Notes under the pieces: generated by a model
What the model saw: only the letters and a program-made list of their open reading frames with translations
What the model was told of the DNA's origin: nothing
Database searches by the model: none
Program-made: the position numbers and the translations under genes
Part shown: piece by piece, positions 10,083 through 22,808 of the stretch
Numbering within the stretch: the stretch's first letter is position 1
Layout of the letters: the number at the start of each line of letters is the position of its first letter
Assembly (NCBI GenBank): GCA_009103225.1
Contig: RHPI01002368.1
Location: 277,397 to 341,396 of the forward strand
Reading direction: 5' to 3'
DNA from: Chlorokybus atmophyticus
Taxonomy: Eukaryota > Plantae > Mesostigma and Chlorokybus algae
DNA: 64,000 nt

Positions 10083-11796
10083 CTACATGTCCTCACCATC
10101 AGCCTCAACAGACTCATCATCATCAGCAGGCTCAGAAAGCCCAACGCTTTCCAGAATGTCCTCATCACTGGGACCAGCCTCGGTTTCGACGGTGTCATCC
10201 GCATGCACGAACTCATTTGGGGACAGCATCTCTGTGCTTGGAATGGGGAGACGCTGCATGATATCCCCAATCTCCTGCACAACAGCATGCTCTCGTGCGT
10301 CAGTGTTGGAGGTGGGCGCATGCCAGGATGCTGGGGTGATGCCACTCTTCTTCCAACAGTTCTTTATAGTGGTGTCGATGAGCTCGCCGTACGCCTCGCG
10401 ACACCATATGATTGCCTCTTTGAGCTGCACCCTTATTTTGCTTAGGTCAGCTGTGGGGTCGGCATCATATTGCTGCAACAAGCTTTCTTTTATACCTGCC
10501 ACACAAGGGAGAAACGCATTACAAACTTTAACGAACAAGGGGTTAGGGTTAGGGTTAAGGGATTTTTTAACAAGGTTTTCATTATTGCTCAGCCAGCTGC
10601 TTATTAGAACAATGCACGTGCGAAAACGATGTGTACCTGGCTTTGAACGCGGCAATGATGCCAGCGTCCAGAGGCTGAACCTTGCTGGTCGTATTGGGAG
10701 GAAGGAACATGCACTTCACATTGTCCACCTGTATTGTCTGCAATCCCTTCTCCGTACCCACCACACCGTATGTGCAAGCGTGTATAGAGGAGTTGTCAAG
10801 CAGCAGGAGGACTTTGCGTTTCGGCAGCTTCATCTGGAAGGCGAACCTGCACAACCAGCGGCTGAAGATCTGCACAACTTCCAACATTTGATTGCATGCC
10901 ACACACACACACACACACACACTTGCAATTAAAAGCACCCCACCTGCGCATTCATCCAAGCAATCTTGTTGTTCCCATACTCAACGCCAATCTGGATGGG
11001 AGTCCATGTGCTTCCGAAAGACTTTGGCCTCTTGAAAGTGTCGATGAGTAGAAGGCCTCTTGGCAGTTTCTCAAACCCGTTAGCATTCACACACAACGCC
11101 ACTGTGAACCTGTCCTTCTCTTCCCCCCTCGAGCTTCCTCGCTTGCAGTGACAAGTGTTCGACGCGGACGAGCTCTATAAATTACGCCACTTTCATCCAT
11201 GTGAAAGGTGTTGCGGGGACCATACTCCTCAAGAATCTCTGGCAAGTCCGCGCGGGCCATATCAACCCCCTCTTCGTGCATCATTGGCTTCAGCGTGCAG
11301 TGCTTTGGCTAATATGGCATGACGTTGCTTGAAACGATGCACCCACTTATGTGATGCATTGAAGTCTTCTATGCCAAGTTTGCTAGCAAAGGCTCTTCTC
11401 TATCAAGATAGTGTCCGTGATGGTGGCATTGCGAGCACGAGTTTGTGTAAACCATGTGTACAAAGCTTCCTCTAGCTTGGGATGAGCGGCAAGACGCATT
11501 CGCTTGGTAGATGCAGCAAAGTTTCCTCCTTGAGCTAACGTCTCAACTATCTTATCACGACTATTCAACAACTTGGGACAAGGCACTCTGCTGGATAACT
11601 AACTTCAACTTCACGCTAGCGATGAAGTCCGCTTGCTTGACGAGGACCGGCTTTTGACGGCTAAAAAGCTAGTCTTTATACGTAAGAGAATATTCTCTTG
11701 GGCAGCAGTATGTGCCGATAGAACAATTGCTCTTTTAATAAATTATGTTAACGGTGTTATTCTCTTAAACCGAAGTCTCTTAACGGGGAAAGACTG
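10083..11796 (-). mobile_element. Decayed pogo/Tigger-like (CENP-B HTH + DDE_1) DNA transposon with introns and one TIR
   Basis: HPKLEEALYTWF, HMDESG, LLLLDNSSIH, FLPPNTTSKVQPLDAGIIAAFKARY and IKNCWKKSGI, with frameshifts. A TA-flanked terminus cagtctttccccgttaagag ends at 11796. The other TIR was not found. Confidence 0.9.
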
Positions 11797-14700
11797 TAGC
11801 ACTGTACGTGCGTTGCCCATGGCTGTAGTGCAAGCGCTCATGCACTTGAGTGTTGGGACGCTCACATAAAAAGGCTGGTAACCTATCAAATGGTAAAGTG
11901 GTACCACAAGCCTCGTCTCTATGCACGATTGCACGTACCATTACATCAGCATCCACACCAACATGGAGCCGTACAGGCTTACTCATCAGCACCTGTCATC
12001 TTGAAAGACCAACGAAGGCCTTCAGTATACTTAAGCGGCATGATGAGTGCTTGCATGCAGCACAGCAATGGCAAATCACGTGTGGTGGTTGCTGTACACT
12101 CATTTGCCAAATTGGCTTAGTTAAAGTGCTTGTGAAAGGCTTTCACAACAACATGCATGAGTCACATACATCATTGATATACAATTTTAGTTTTGGTTTT
12201 ATTTGATTGCATATGTGGTTGCAGGACACACTTGAGACACGTGCTTCTCAAATTGCATCGACTTCTGCTTATACATGTACAGCCTAGCTAAGACGCCATA
12301 TGACATCACTTAATTATCATGACTGTCAGATTGCCATGGCAAGCCATCAACAATCATACTCATCATGCAAAACGAACATCGCATAATGGTTTCTTGATTA
12401 TTGATTTTCACGACATACGCCCTAATATAGCCTAAAAAAATGCAGTACTCATAGCCATTTGCTGAGCAGCAAAAGAACGGCACTGTTGTGCCTTCCCTCC
12501 TCATTATCTGGACTTAGCGGACACCTCTTTGCCATGCATGCTATAGAACACGATGAGATGGTGTTATGCTGTCCCACACCATCACCCATGTGTACTTGAC
12601 ATAAATCCCTGTCCATTACCCAATAGACACGCAATAAAACATGCGTGCCCTTACCAAACGCGATTAAGACGACAGCAACATGTGAGTTGCGATCAGCCGC
12701 TGAATTTCATTCAGATACACATCAAATCCAAATCTTACTTACGATATAGGGTTAACCAGCAGTGCATGCGTGCCTTTGCTCCACTACCCTTAAGCAAGCG
12801 TGATACATTGCACGCACATAGTCAGCTTAAACCAAGTTGTGATGGCTATGGCCCATGGCGCATTGGTGTGATAAATATTGTCTGCCTGCCTTGTTTATCT
12901 TCCTTGCCGCACAACATGCATGTGTGATGGATATGTGAGCGTGACTTATACCTTATACATCATTAAGGCAGCTTAAATGGTGCATTGATGTCGCAACAAT
13001 GGTATATATATATATATGTATGTGTATGTATGTATGTATGTATACACCCCTTCTTGCACGGCATTTAATGTAAATGCACACGTGCGCACACACACCACAC
13101 ACGTAAACATGTGCACGCTGTGCGTCTGCTCAGCCAATAACCTCTCGTGAAGATGGCTGCTAACTCTTCAAGCCGAGCCACCTTGCATGCAGTTAAGATG
13201 CAAACTAGCTTATAAGGCCAACTAGCCTTAAACCACTTGACCAAACTTAATAAATTGTATTATCCTCATTTTCTTAATTGTTAGGCTGCGTCATCTCTGT
13301 AATGATCACAATTTGCATGAATAATCATGAGTTGTACATGCATGCATAAGGTGAATTGCGCTTTAATCAGGCAACAAAAAGCATGTGTGCATGTCTTGTC
13401 CCATGCGCATTCTGATTGTCCCCTTAATTTTTTTTTAGAAGTATACGTTTTAAGTTAATTATAATGCCTCCCATTGTATAAATTTGCGGGGCAACACACG
13501 GTATCATGCATGCTATGGGCGTCACGCATAGGTAGGCACACATAACACGAAGCATTTAATCAAAAACATGCATCATCATAGCGGACACAGCGAAAAAACA
13601 ATATGATATCATTTGGTACAAAACCAACACAAGATGATGGGCCAAAGTGCATGATTTTTTATTGCCATTATTTGCTGTGGTATGATATAGCATTAACGCT
13701 TTCAAGTGCGCACGTAACGATTTGTATCCAAACAATAAGTGAACTCGTTCACATGCACAACATATGTAATCAAATGGTATGTTTCGGCTGTTGACCATGT
13801 TTGACGACGCAGTAACTATAGCGTGTAATCAATTAGCATGGAATGGTTGAGTGGATCAGTTAGAACGAGGGTGAGTAGTGACGGCATGTCATTAAGGTAT
13901 GGGGCCTGCCCCGACCTCGTATCGCCAAAAACGCGGCCGTTTGAACCACTAATTGTGCTGCAATTGCACCAAATCCCTAGCGATTTTGGGTCGCCGTTGG
14001 TAAGCAGTTGCCGCTGAGATAGTTTTCAGCATCTTTTACGCATCTCTGCAATGATTGGCCATTTCGCTGCCTTTTAGCAACGGCTGTTGTCACCAGTGCG
14101 ATCCCATTTGATCAATTTCATGCGTGACCAAATGGTGGCCTAACGATGCAATTTTTCGTTTTGTTGAATCTTAACGTTAAGGTAATTCAGGTTACCATTA
14201 TTTTGCTGGTAGCAACCTTGGCATTACTTACTGAATATCTTAACACGTACCGTGGCATGACGTTACGTTCATTCAGTGGCATGCCAGTTTCGTAACACTT
14301 GATTGCAGGTTGCTAGCCATATTGCACCATATTGCACCACAGTGCAGCATATATATTAATATTAATACGTAACACATAAAGATGATCAATATGCAGCCAT
14401 AAGCGGCCACGTATGCAGATTTGTGCTTAATCTTACATTTATTGGCATGCGTTTAAACAGTTGGATCGTTTTTAGGCAGGTCTAACGGTGTAGCGCTTGT
14501 ACTCGCCGCCTAGCCAATGAGAAGCAGGCGGGCCGCACGTACTGCCGCGCAGCCCGGCAGTCGCGGGTGCCGTGTGATGGCCCTGCGCGGGATGTGTGAT
14601 CAGCAGGTTGAATGCCGACAGGCCGGCCGTGTTTTGCCTATACTTCGGACACCTGATTAACGATAGGCCGTGGCGTACGGCATAGTTGACCGTTTACGAC

Positions 14701-15863
14701 GCATGATGGCTCGTTGAAAAAAGTGAGCTGTTGACGGTTGCGATGAGCTACTAAGCTGGCTTAACGGATAAGTATGGCGCTGTCACCACCCGCTCAAAGT
14801 GGGGTGTGTGTGAAAAGGGTTGAAAAGTGAGGTTTGCCTAACTGCGGACTGGGCAAATTGGCAGCCGATTGTGGCGATGTTTTGGCCTCTGACAGGCCTC
14901 TGCTTGTGGCAGGGTACTGTATTGACACTTGTCAGCACGCCACGCCTTTAAACCCATCAAACCACAAGGGTTTGCGACCTCTGGGCGGCGAGATTGCTGG
15001 CACTGCTGTCCGAAGCCCGCCCAGCGCCGGCGCCGGCGCTGTAGAGAGTCTTGTGGCGCCGTCAACTAGCCGCCTGCCCGCCACTTCATCGCCCACAGGT
15101 GCATACATGGCTAAAGCGCGTGCGCCAGCTTGTTGCCTCTCGTATGTCTCTGTTCTTGCCCCTGTCTGTGTGTGTGCGTGCGTGCGTGTGTATGTGCGTG
15201 TGCGTGTGTGTGTGCGTGTGCGGTTGCTTATTCAGGTCATTGTGTTGTTGTGTGATCGTCTGTGTGTGTGAGACAGGTTCTGTAGGGTGTTGCTAAAGCT
15301 GGGTAGCGTTTGTGTGCAGGGACTTGGCATGCTGTGGGTCCCATCATGGGACCCATAGCATGCCAAGTCGTCGGTGGGCAATATGATGTTGCCCACCGAC
15401 GACATCGTGTGGCCCTCATATGAGCAGGCTTGAAACATCACTGTGGGTTGCATGCATGCATGCACAGTTCTGCTTGTACAGTTTGGGGGGGGGGGGGGGG
15501 GGGGGGGNAGACAGGTTGTGTGTGTCTCTTGACAAGTTGTGTGTATGCACAGACTTTGTGTGTTGCTCGCATTGTTGACAGCATTGCCTTGCATGCACGG
15601 TGATTGCATTGCACTTGCATGTGCATTGCACTTGCATGCATGCACAGCGGGTGTGTTGCACAGTGTTGGACTGTGCTTTTTTGGTTTTAAGGTAGCCTAT
15701 GTCTATGTACATGTCTAAGCCATTGTCTAACTACCGTGATAGGCCTCTGGCTGTGGCTTTAAGGTTGAGCAGTGTCAGGGCTGGCCTGCTTGTTGTGAGG
15801 CTTGCCTCCACTGCGCGGTTGGCATCTTGCATGTCTGAAGGTGTGGGTAACATCGACTGCTAG

Positions 15864-16890
15864 TGTCACGCCCACAGGGCAGGCAAAAGTCATTCTCTAT
15901 CCCTTACTTATGTGGTAAGTAAGATGAGACCAAGTGGGGACCCACACTACGCAAGCGTGTGTAGTGCTTGTGGGTGTGCTCTCATGTAGGTCTGCTCTAG
16001 AGCCTGTGCGGCCTTGAGCATGATGAACTACAGAAGGCATGATGGCAAGCACAGGGCTGTTCCGAGCCGATGAGACATCATGTGATGTACAGAGACATAT
16101 GTGTGCATATGTCCGCATGTGTATGCATGTGTTTGCATATGTGTGCACATGTACGCATATGAGAGCATATGCGTGCATGAGAGGTATGTATTAGATGTAG
16201 ATGTATTAGATGTGTGCATGTATATGTATGCATGCGCATATGTGTGCATATGCGCGCATATGTATGCATAAGGATGCATATGTATGCATGAGTATGATGT
16301 CCTAGGCTGATGTGACCAGCCAAGGACGTTCACAACGTTCAAGGATGATGTGTGTGATGTCCTCGACTAAGGTGACCAGCCTAGGGACGTTTACAATGTC
16401 CGAGGCTGATGTGTGATCGGTCTTGGGCGTTGAAAGAGGTCCAAGGGCTGATGTGGCAGCCCTAGACATGAGTTGTGGTCAACGCAGCCATGACAAGGCA
16501 TGTAGCTTGGACTTGGATGTTTTAGGTCGTAGAGCAGCAAAGAGAGGGTATATGAACCTCACATGTGTTGAGGCAGCTCAGCATGTGCATACTCGACTCT
16601 TGTGTGTGGGGTGCCTAGTTTAGTTGTTCAAGGGGCTCTCCCTCTCATCCCATGTGGGGTGTGATGTCCGTGGCAGCTTTGCACATGTGTGTGAGGTGTG
16701 CTTGAGTGTGTGAGTGTGTGGGAGCTGAGTAGAGAGGTTGGTGTCATCCTCTCCTTCCTTGGTGCGGTGCTGTGACTTCCTCTGCAAGGTATTGCACCAG
16801 TGACGCTGGTAGGGCTTCCAGTAGTAAGTCCTTGTGCTTGTGCATAAGTTTGCCAAGCCGCCCAGCAAGTAAGTGAGTGGTATCGTTGCA
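15864..16890 (+). repeat. 5' LTR of the chromovirus
   Basis: Runs tgtcacgccc...tatcgttgca and is colinear with 21782-22808. It contains ATGT/GCAT low-complexity sequence and short sub-repeats. Confidence 0.95.
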
Positions 16891-17589
16891 TTGGACTCGG
16901 AGCTTGCATTCCAAGCCTTGCATGCTTGCCCATCAGCTCATGCACTTGCTGCATCGTGCGTGCGTTGCATTCTTTGCTTGCACGCACTACATGGCAGGGT
17001 TTTGAGCTGATTGTGCATGCTAGTTGGTGCGTCCAGCTGCGTGCACACTTGCATGCACGGTGTGGGTCGTTCTACACGCTGATTTGAGCATTAGTTGTGT
17101 GTTCTTGCTGCACATACACAGCATTACACACGCATTGGCTTGTTGCTGCACCAGCTGCGCGTGTGCGCGTGTGTGCACGCGTGTGCGCGTGTTTGCATGT
17201 GTTACAGGGACCTCACCTTTGTGGCAATGGCCGAGCAAGAGCATACAGCAAGAGAGGAGGTATCTTGCGGCAATGATGTTGCTAAGACCACCCGACAGCT
17301 TACCACTTTGGTTGCCACGTTGTGTGAGCAGGTAACAGAGTTACAGCAACAACACGAGGCCAACATAGCTTTATGGCAACGGTCAAGTGACATCGTTGAC
17401 TGTGCAATCCCAAGTAAGGGACATGTTGGTGCATCTGTTGATGCAAGTGTACAGAACCACCGAGAGCGTAAGCGTAGCCGTGAAGCACAGCTCTGTGAAG
17501 CTGAAGCTGATGCTGCTCGGGGCCATGCTCTCATGTATGAGGGACATGAAGAGAGCAAGAAGCCATGTATACAACAGGGATTGCCAATG

Positions 17590-17945
17590 GCTAGCTGCTC
17601 TGTGGACGTTGATACGCAATGTGCTTTCAGTGACTTGATGTCACGCCTTCCCCAACCATGCAATGTCGCTGTGTGGGAGAACGAGTTGGGTGTACAGGTA
17701 GATACTTAATTCATGCAGCACGACTGTGCGGGCAAGTGTGTCTTGCTCAATGCACCTGTTGACGGGTTGTCAAACATGCTCAAGCACTATGTGGATTGCA
17801 AGAGCAAGAGTGCGCACAACACAAGTGCATGCGTGGTTGTGCCCAAGCGTTTTGGGTTGTGGACCCGCTTGGTTAAAGGCATGCAGGTCCTGGGAGAGGT
17901 CAAGCTAGGGAAGGGGCAGATGCGTGTGTTGTATGACCCCCCTGC
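17590..17945 (+). pseudogene. Dam-like (N6-adenine methyltransferase fold) domain remnant inside the chromovirus
   Basis: AFSDLMSRLPQPCNVAV...DT*FMQHDCAGKCVLLNAPV...LKHYVDCK...NTSACVVVPKRFGLWTRLV is one frame with a single TAA at 17707. It resembles the F..d..g..vw.NPP(Y/F)...vvllP layout of PF05869/DIRS MT domains. Pattern recognition only. Confidence 0.6.
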
Positions 17946-17975
17946 CATCCATGAGGTAAGTACTCTGGACTTGAC

Positions 17976-18656
17976 TTGGTTGTGCATGTGCCGTGCATTT
18001 TGATGATAGACACGGGCACACCAGAGAACTTCGTGAGTGAACCTCTTGTGCGACGCTTAGGCATTCGTGTCAGCAAGGGTGATGACACGGTTGTTGCCTT
18101 GAACAAGCTTGAGATCCCCGTGCGGGGAGTTGTACGCTTGTTTGTGCGTGTGCAAGGCTATCATGCTCAGCTCAAGTTCTTGGTCATCCCAGTAGAGGTG
18201 CTTGGCGTGGATGTCATTGTTGGCAGCCACTGGGAGCAAGCATGTGGCTTGCACACAGACGCGGACAAAAAACTTTGCAGTGTACGTAAAGGTCGAGGTC
18301 GTGTGACCTTGCATGCAGATGGGCACAATGTTGCGCCCACTGTTAGCTCTGTTGATGATGCATCAAATAGAGATGTCTTATGCTCTTTGTTGAGTGCCAT
18401 GCAGGTGAAGAGGGCTGTTCGCCATGGAGCTCAACCTCTTCTAGTGCTCGTCCGGCCAGTTGGCAACAACGACACTTCCACCTCAGTTGGTGAGACCGGT
18501 GGCAAGCCACCAGACACGGCCCTTGAAGGTCTGTTGTCTGAATATTCTGATGTGTTACAAGCTGAACTGCCTGCATTGCCACCTGAGAGTACGGCTGGCA
18601 TACGATTCCTCTACGGTCTGATGCGCAGCCTCCGTTCAGACCTGTGTATAGGCTGA
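17976..18656 (+). pseudogene. Chromovirus aspartic protease
   Basis: LMIDTGTPENFVS and DVIVGSHW. Confidence 0.88.
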
Positions 18657-18668
18657 GTCCAGCTGAGT

Positions 18669-19838
18669 ATGCGGACATGGAGGGGCAGATCAAGGCCCTT
18701 GCTTGAGAAGGGATTGATTGAGCTAAGTATCTCTCCTTTTGGAGCACCCATTTTTTTCGTACCTAAGAAGGACGGCAGGCTACGCATGTGCGTAGACTAT
18801 AGGCACAAGCTGACCATCAAGAACAGGTATCCGCTGCTAAGGATAGATGATGTGCTTGATCAACTGAGCGGTGCCTTAGTGTTCAGCTCCTTAGATCTCA
18901 TCAGTGGGTACCATCAGATCCGGATCACACCGGAAGATGTGCCCACGACAGCGTTCAGAACGCATGTGGGACACTTTCAGTACAAAGTGCTGCCTTTTGG
19001 TCTGACAAATGCGAAGGCCACCTTTCAAGCTATGATGAACCGTGTGTTTCACAAGCTGATCGGGAAGACAATGCTTGTATATCTTGATGATATACTTGTG
19101 TTTAGCAAGGATGCTAACATGCACGTCGCGCAAGTGCGCGAGGTGTTGGAAACGCTGCGTGCGCACCGTTTCTATGCTTACATGCTCAAGTGCGAGTTTT
19201 GCAAGAAGGAACTAGAGTTCCTCGGGCACATTGTGAGCAAGGAGGGCGTGCGCTTTGACCCAAGGAAGGTTGCCAAGGTCAAGGATTGGCCTAGTCCCAA
19301 GAATGTGCACGAGCTGCGCGCATTCTTAAGCTTAAGCAACTACTTCCGCAAGTACATTCTGGGTTACTCATCGCGTGTTGCCCCTCTCACTAATCTGTTG
19401 CGTGACAAGGTCGTGTGGAGGTGGTCACAGAGGCAGCAAGAAGCCTTTGCGTCCATCAAAGAGGCTTTGGTGACAGCGTCTGTGTTGCAGCTGCCGGACT
19501 TCACCAAGCCCTTTGAGGTAAACTGTGATGCATCTGTTGAAGGCACTGGTGCTGTGTTGCTTGAGAGTGGGCACCCCCTTGCTTATGCTAGCAAGAAGTT
19601 CTCTCCTGCTGAGAGGAACTATACAACAACTGAGCAAGAGTTGTTGGGGGTAGTGCATGCGCTACAAGAGTGGTGTTGCTATCTAGAGGGGGTGGAAGGC
19701 GGGTTTAGTGTGATCACGGACCACAACCCCCTTGTTGTCTTTTTTAGACCCAACCAACCTTGTCGAGAAGACAAGCGAGGTGGGCTGAGTACTTGTCTAG
19801 ATTCAACTTTACCCAGGTTTACAGACCAGGGAGAGTGA
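18669..19838 (+). pseudogene. pol: Chromovirus RT-RNase H (frameshifted at both ends)
   Basis: LRMCVDYR, LPFGLTNA, YLDD, CDAS, NYTTTEQE and TDHNPL. Confidence 0.95.
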
Positions 19839-21505
19839 ATGTGGCAGACCCTTTGAGCCGTTCGCCATTGCTGTTGGCAGTGACAACGCGTGCACGTGCA
19901 CGAAGCCAAGGGTGGGCACAAGCAAGTGATGCTAGTGCCAATACTTTCAAGTTGCCAACCGTGCATGAGCAAGTTGTCAATGAGACACCAGTGGCAACAG
20001 AGACAAGTGAGATGCCAACTGAGCTCAAGAGAGCAGACAGTGAAGCACCGTTGGTAGTGCACGAGCCAAGTGGGGAGGACCCAATGGCCGTTGATGTGGA
20101 AGACATCATACAGCGTTTGCCTAGTGCTTATGCACTTGACACATGGTTTGTTGAGTTGCTGAAGCAGGCAGACGACAAGATCACTTGTCACAAGGGCCTC
20201 TGGTACCGTGAGGGCAAGTTGATAGTGCCAAATGCACTCGGCTTGAGGCAAGAGAGTCTATTTGAGGCACACATTTCCGTGTACAGTGGGCACATGGGAA
20301 TGGCAAAGACCATCAAGCAGCTGCAGAGACAGTATTGGTGGCCGAGCTTGGGTGCTGATGCATCTAAATATGTCGTGTGTTGTGACACTTGTAAAAGAGA
20401 CAAGGCCTCGCACAGGAAGCCAGCAGGGTTGCTGAAGCCCTTGGCTATTCCCAACTATCAATGGGAGAGTGTGAGCATGGATCTGATCACAAATCTACCT
20501 GTGACAAAGAAGGGACACAGTGCTGTCATTGTCTTTGTTGATCGCTTGACCAAGATGGTCAGATTTGAGCCTTGTCGCACAGACATTGATGCGCAAGAGT
20601 TTGCGTTTGTCGTTGTAAACTCGGTGTTCAGATCACACGGTGTAACCAAAGAGTTGGTGTCTGACCGTGACCCCAAGTTTGTGAGCCAGTTCTGGCAGGC
20701 TGTGTGCCGGTACTTGCGGACTAAGCAGAGCTTGAGCACTGCTTACCATCCACAGAGTGACGGACGTACGGAGCGCGTCAATCAGGTGTTGGAAGATGTG
20801 CTACGCCATTATATGTCACATGGGTTCGATGATTGAGATGTGTACCTGCCACTATCTGAGTTCGCTGTGAACAATGCATGGCATGAGTCGCTAAGAAGCA
20901 CTCCTTTCTATCTGAACTACGGTTGTCGTGTGTTGACACCCATGTCTCTAAAAGTCGTGCCATTCAGCAAAGTGCCGATGGCTAGAGACTTCACAGAGAG
21001 CATGCATGCCTCGTTGGCACATGCAAAAGACTGCTTGAGAGCAGCATAAGACAGGCAAAAGATGTATGCCAACAGGCAACGTAGGCCTGGAGATGAGCTC
21101 CAAGTTGGAGATCAAGTGTTGTTGAGCTCAAAAAACATTCGACTCAAAACAAGCGGGGTACGCAAGTTGCTACCAAATTGGCTGGGTCCATTCCGCATCA
21201 CCAACAGTGTTGGTGACCGTGCCTTTCGGCTTGACTTGCCGAAGAGCATGCGAGTACATGATGTGTTTCATGTAGCACTGCTGAAACAGTACAAGAGTGA
21301 CGGTCCAGTGCAACCCCCTCCCCCTCCAATTGAGGGCGATCTCGAGTATGAGGTCATTGTTGGCAAACGGTTCAGAAAGTACAAGAAGAACTTTCGGATC
21401 CAATACTTGGTAAAGTGGCTTGGTTATGGCGAAGAGCATAACACCTGGGAGCCGAAAAACAACTGGGCAAACTGTGCTGCCTTGTTGGAGGAGTATGAGA
21501 ATTAG
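19760..21505 (+). pseudogene. Chromovirus integrase plus C-terminal chromodomain (two nonsense codons)
   Basis: H..YSGHMG...CDTC, SMDLIT, SDRD, WLGPF and YEVIVGKR...QYLVKWLGYGEEHNTWEP. One frame with stops at 20836 and 21049. Confidence 0.93.
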
Positions 21506-21781
21506 CTCAAATCCACAGGTGCCACTTGAGAGCGTGTGCTCGGAGCTACTAGTGCTCAGCCTGTAGGAGCATGTGCACATGCCCACAGCATCTTTATGTG
21601 ACATACCAACACCGCATGCACTGGTACACAGTATCAGAGTTGGTTGTCACTCCCACGACTTGCACTACTTTCACGTGAAGCACTGCCACTCAGTTAGGCC
21701 TGGCCAGCCTGGCTGCGGTTTGTGCGGGACTAGTGTCCCACCCTTTTGTTACGCGGTCGTTGCAATGCAAGTGGGGAGGAA

Positions 21782-22808
21782 TGTCACGCCCACAGGGCAG
21801 GCAAAAGTCATTCTCTGTCCCTTACTTATGTGGTAAATAAGATGAGACCAAGTGGGGACCCACACTACGCAAGCGTGTGTAGTGCTTGTGGGTGTGCTCT
21901 CATGTAGGTCTGCTCTAGAGCCTGTGCGGCCTTGAGCATGATGAACTACACAAGGCATGATAGCAAGCACAGGGCTGATCATAGCCGACGAGACATCATG
22001 TGATGTACAGAGACATATGTATGCCTATGTCCGCATGTGTATGCATGTGTTTGCATATGTGTGCACATGTACGCATATGAGAGCATATGCGTGCATGAGA
22101 GGTATGTATTAGATGTAGATGTATTAGATGTGTGCATGTATATGTATGCATGCGCATATGTGTGCATATGCGCGCACATGTATGCACAAGGATGCATATG
22201 TATGCATGAGTATGATGTCCTAGGCTGATGAAACCAGCCAAGGACGTTCACAACGTCCAAGGATGATGTGTGTGATGTCCTCGGCTGAGGTGACCAGCCT
22301 AGGGACGTTTACAATGTCCGAGGCTGATGTGTGATCAGTCTTGGGCGTTGAAAGAGGTCCAAGGGCTGATGTGGCAGCCCTAGACATGAGTTGTGGTCAA
22401 CGCAGCCATGACAAGGCATGTAGCTTGGACTTGGATGTTCTAGGTCGTAGAGCAGCAAAGAGAGGGTATATGAACCTCACATGTGTTGAGGCAGCTCAGC
22501 ATGTGCATACTCGACTCTTGTGTGTGGGGTGCCTAGTTTAGTTGTTTAAGGGGCTCTCCCTCTCATCCCATGTGGGGCGTGATGTCCGTGGCAGCTTTGC
22601 ACATGTGTGTGAGGTGTGCCTGAGTGTGTGAGTGTGTGGGAGCTGAGTAGAGAGGTTGGTGTCATCCTCTCTTTCCTTGGTGCGGTGCTGTGACTTCCTC
22701 TGCAAGGTATTGCACCAGTGACGCTTGTAGGGCTTCCAGTAGTAAGTCCTTGTGCTTGTGCATAAGTTTGCCAAGCCGCCCAGCAAGTAAGTGAGTGGTA
22801 TCGTTACA
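21782..22808 (+). repeat. 3' LTR of the chromovirus
   Basis: Runs tgtcacgccc...tatcgttaca and is preceded by the PPT. Confidence 0.95.

Larger units (their letters stand above)
15864..22808 (+). mobile_element. Ty3/Gypsy chromovirus, decayed, with a Dam-like domain upstream of the protease
   Basis: 1027-bp LTRs (15864-16890, 21782-22808; about 25 substitutions counted by eye), near-TSD GCTAG/GCCAG, degenerate iMet-type PBS (tggactcggagc), PPT aagtggggaggaa and PR-RT-RH-INT-chromodomain. Confidence 0.96.

Noticed and set aside
9964-10932. 322-aa plus-strand ORF
   Set aside because: Antisense shadow of the pogo transposase, Ser-rich and without motifs.
15897-16342. His/Cys/Met-rich ORFs in the chromovirus LTRs and in introns
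   Set aside because: Translations of ATGT/GCAC low-complexity sequence rather than metal-binding proteins.
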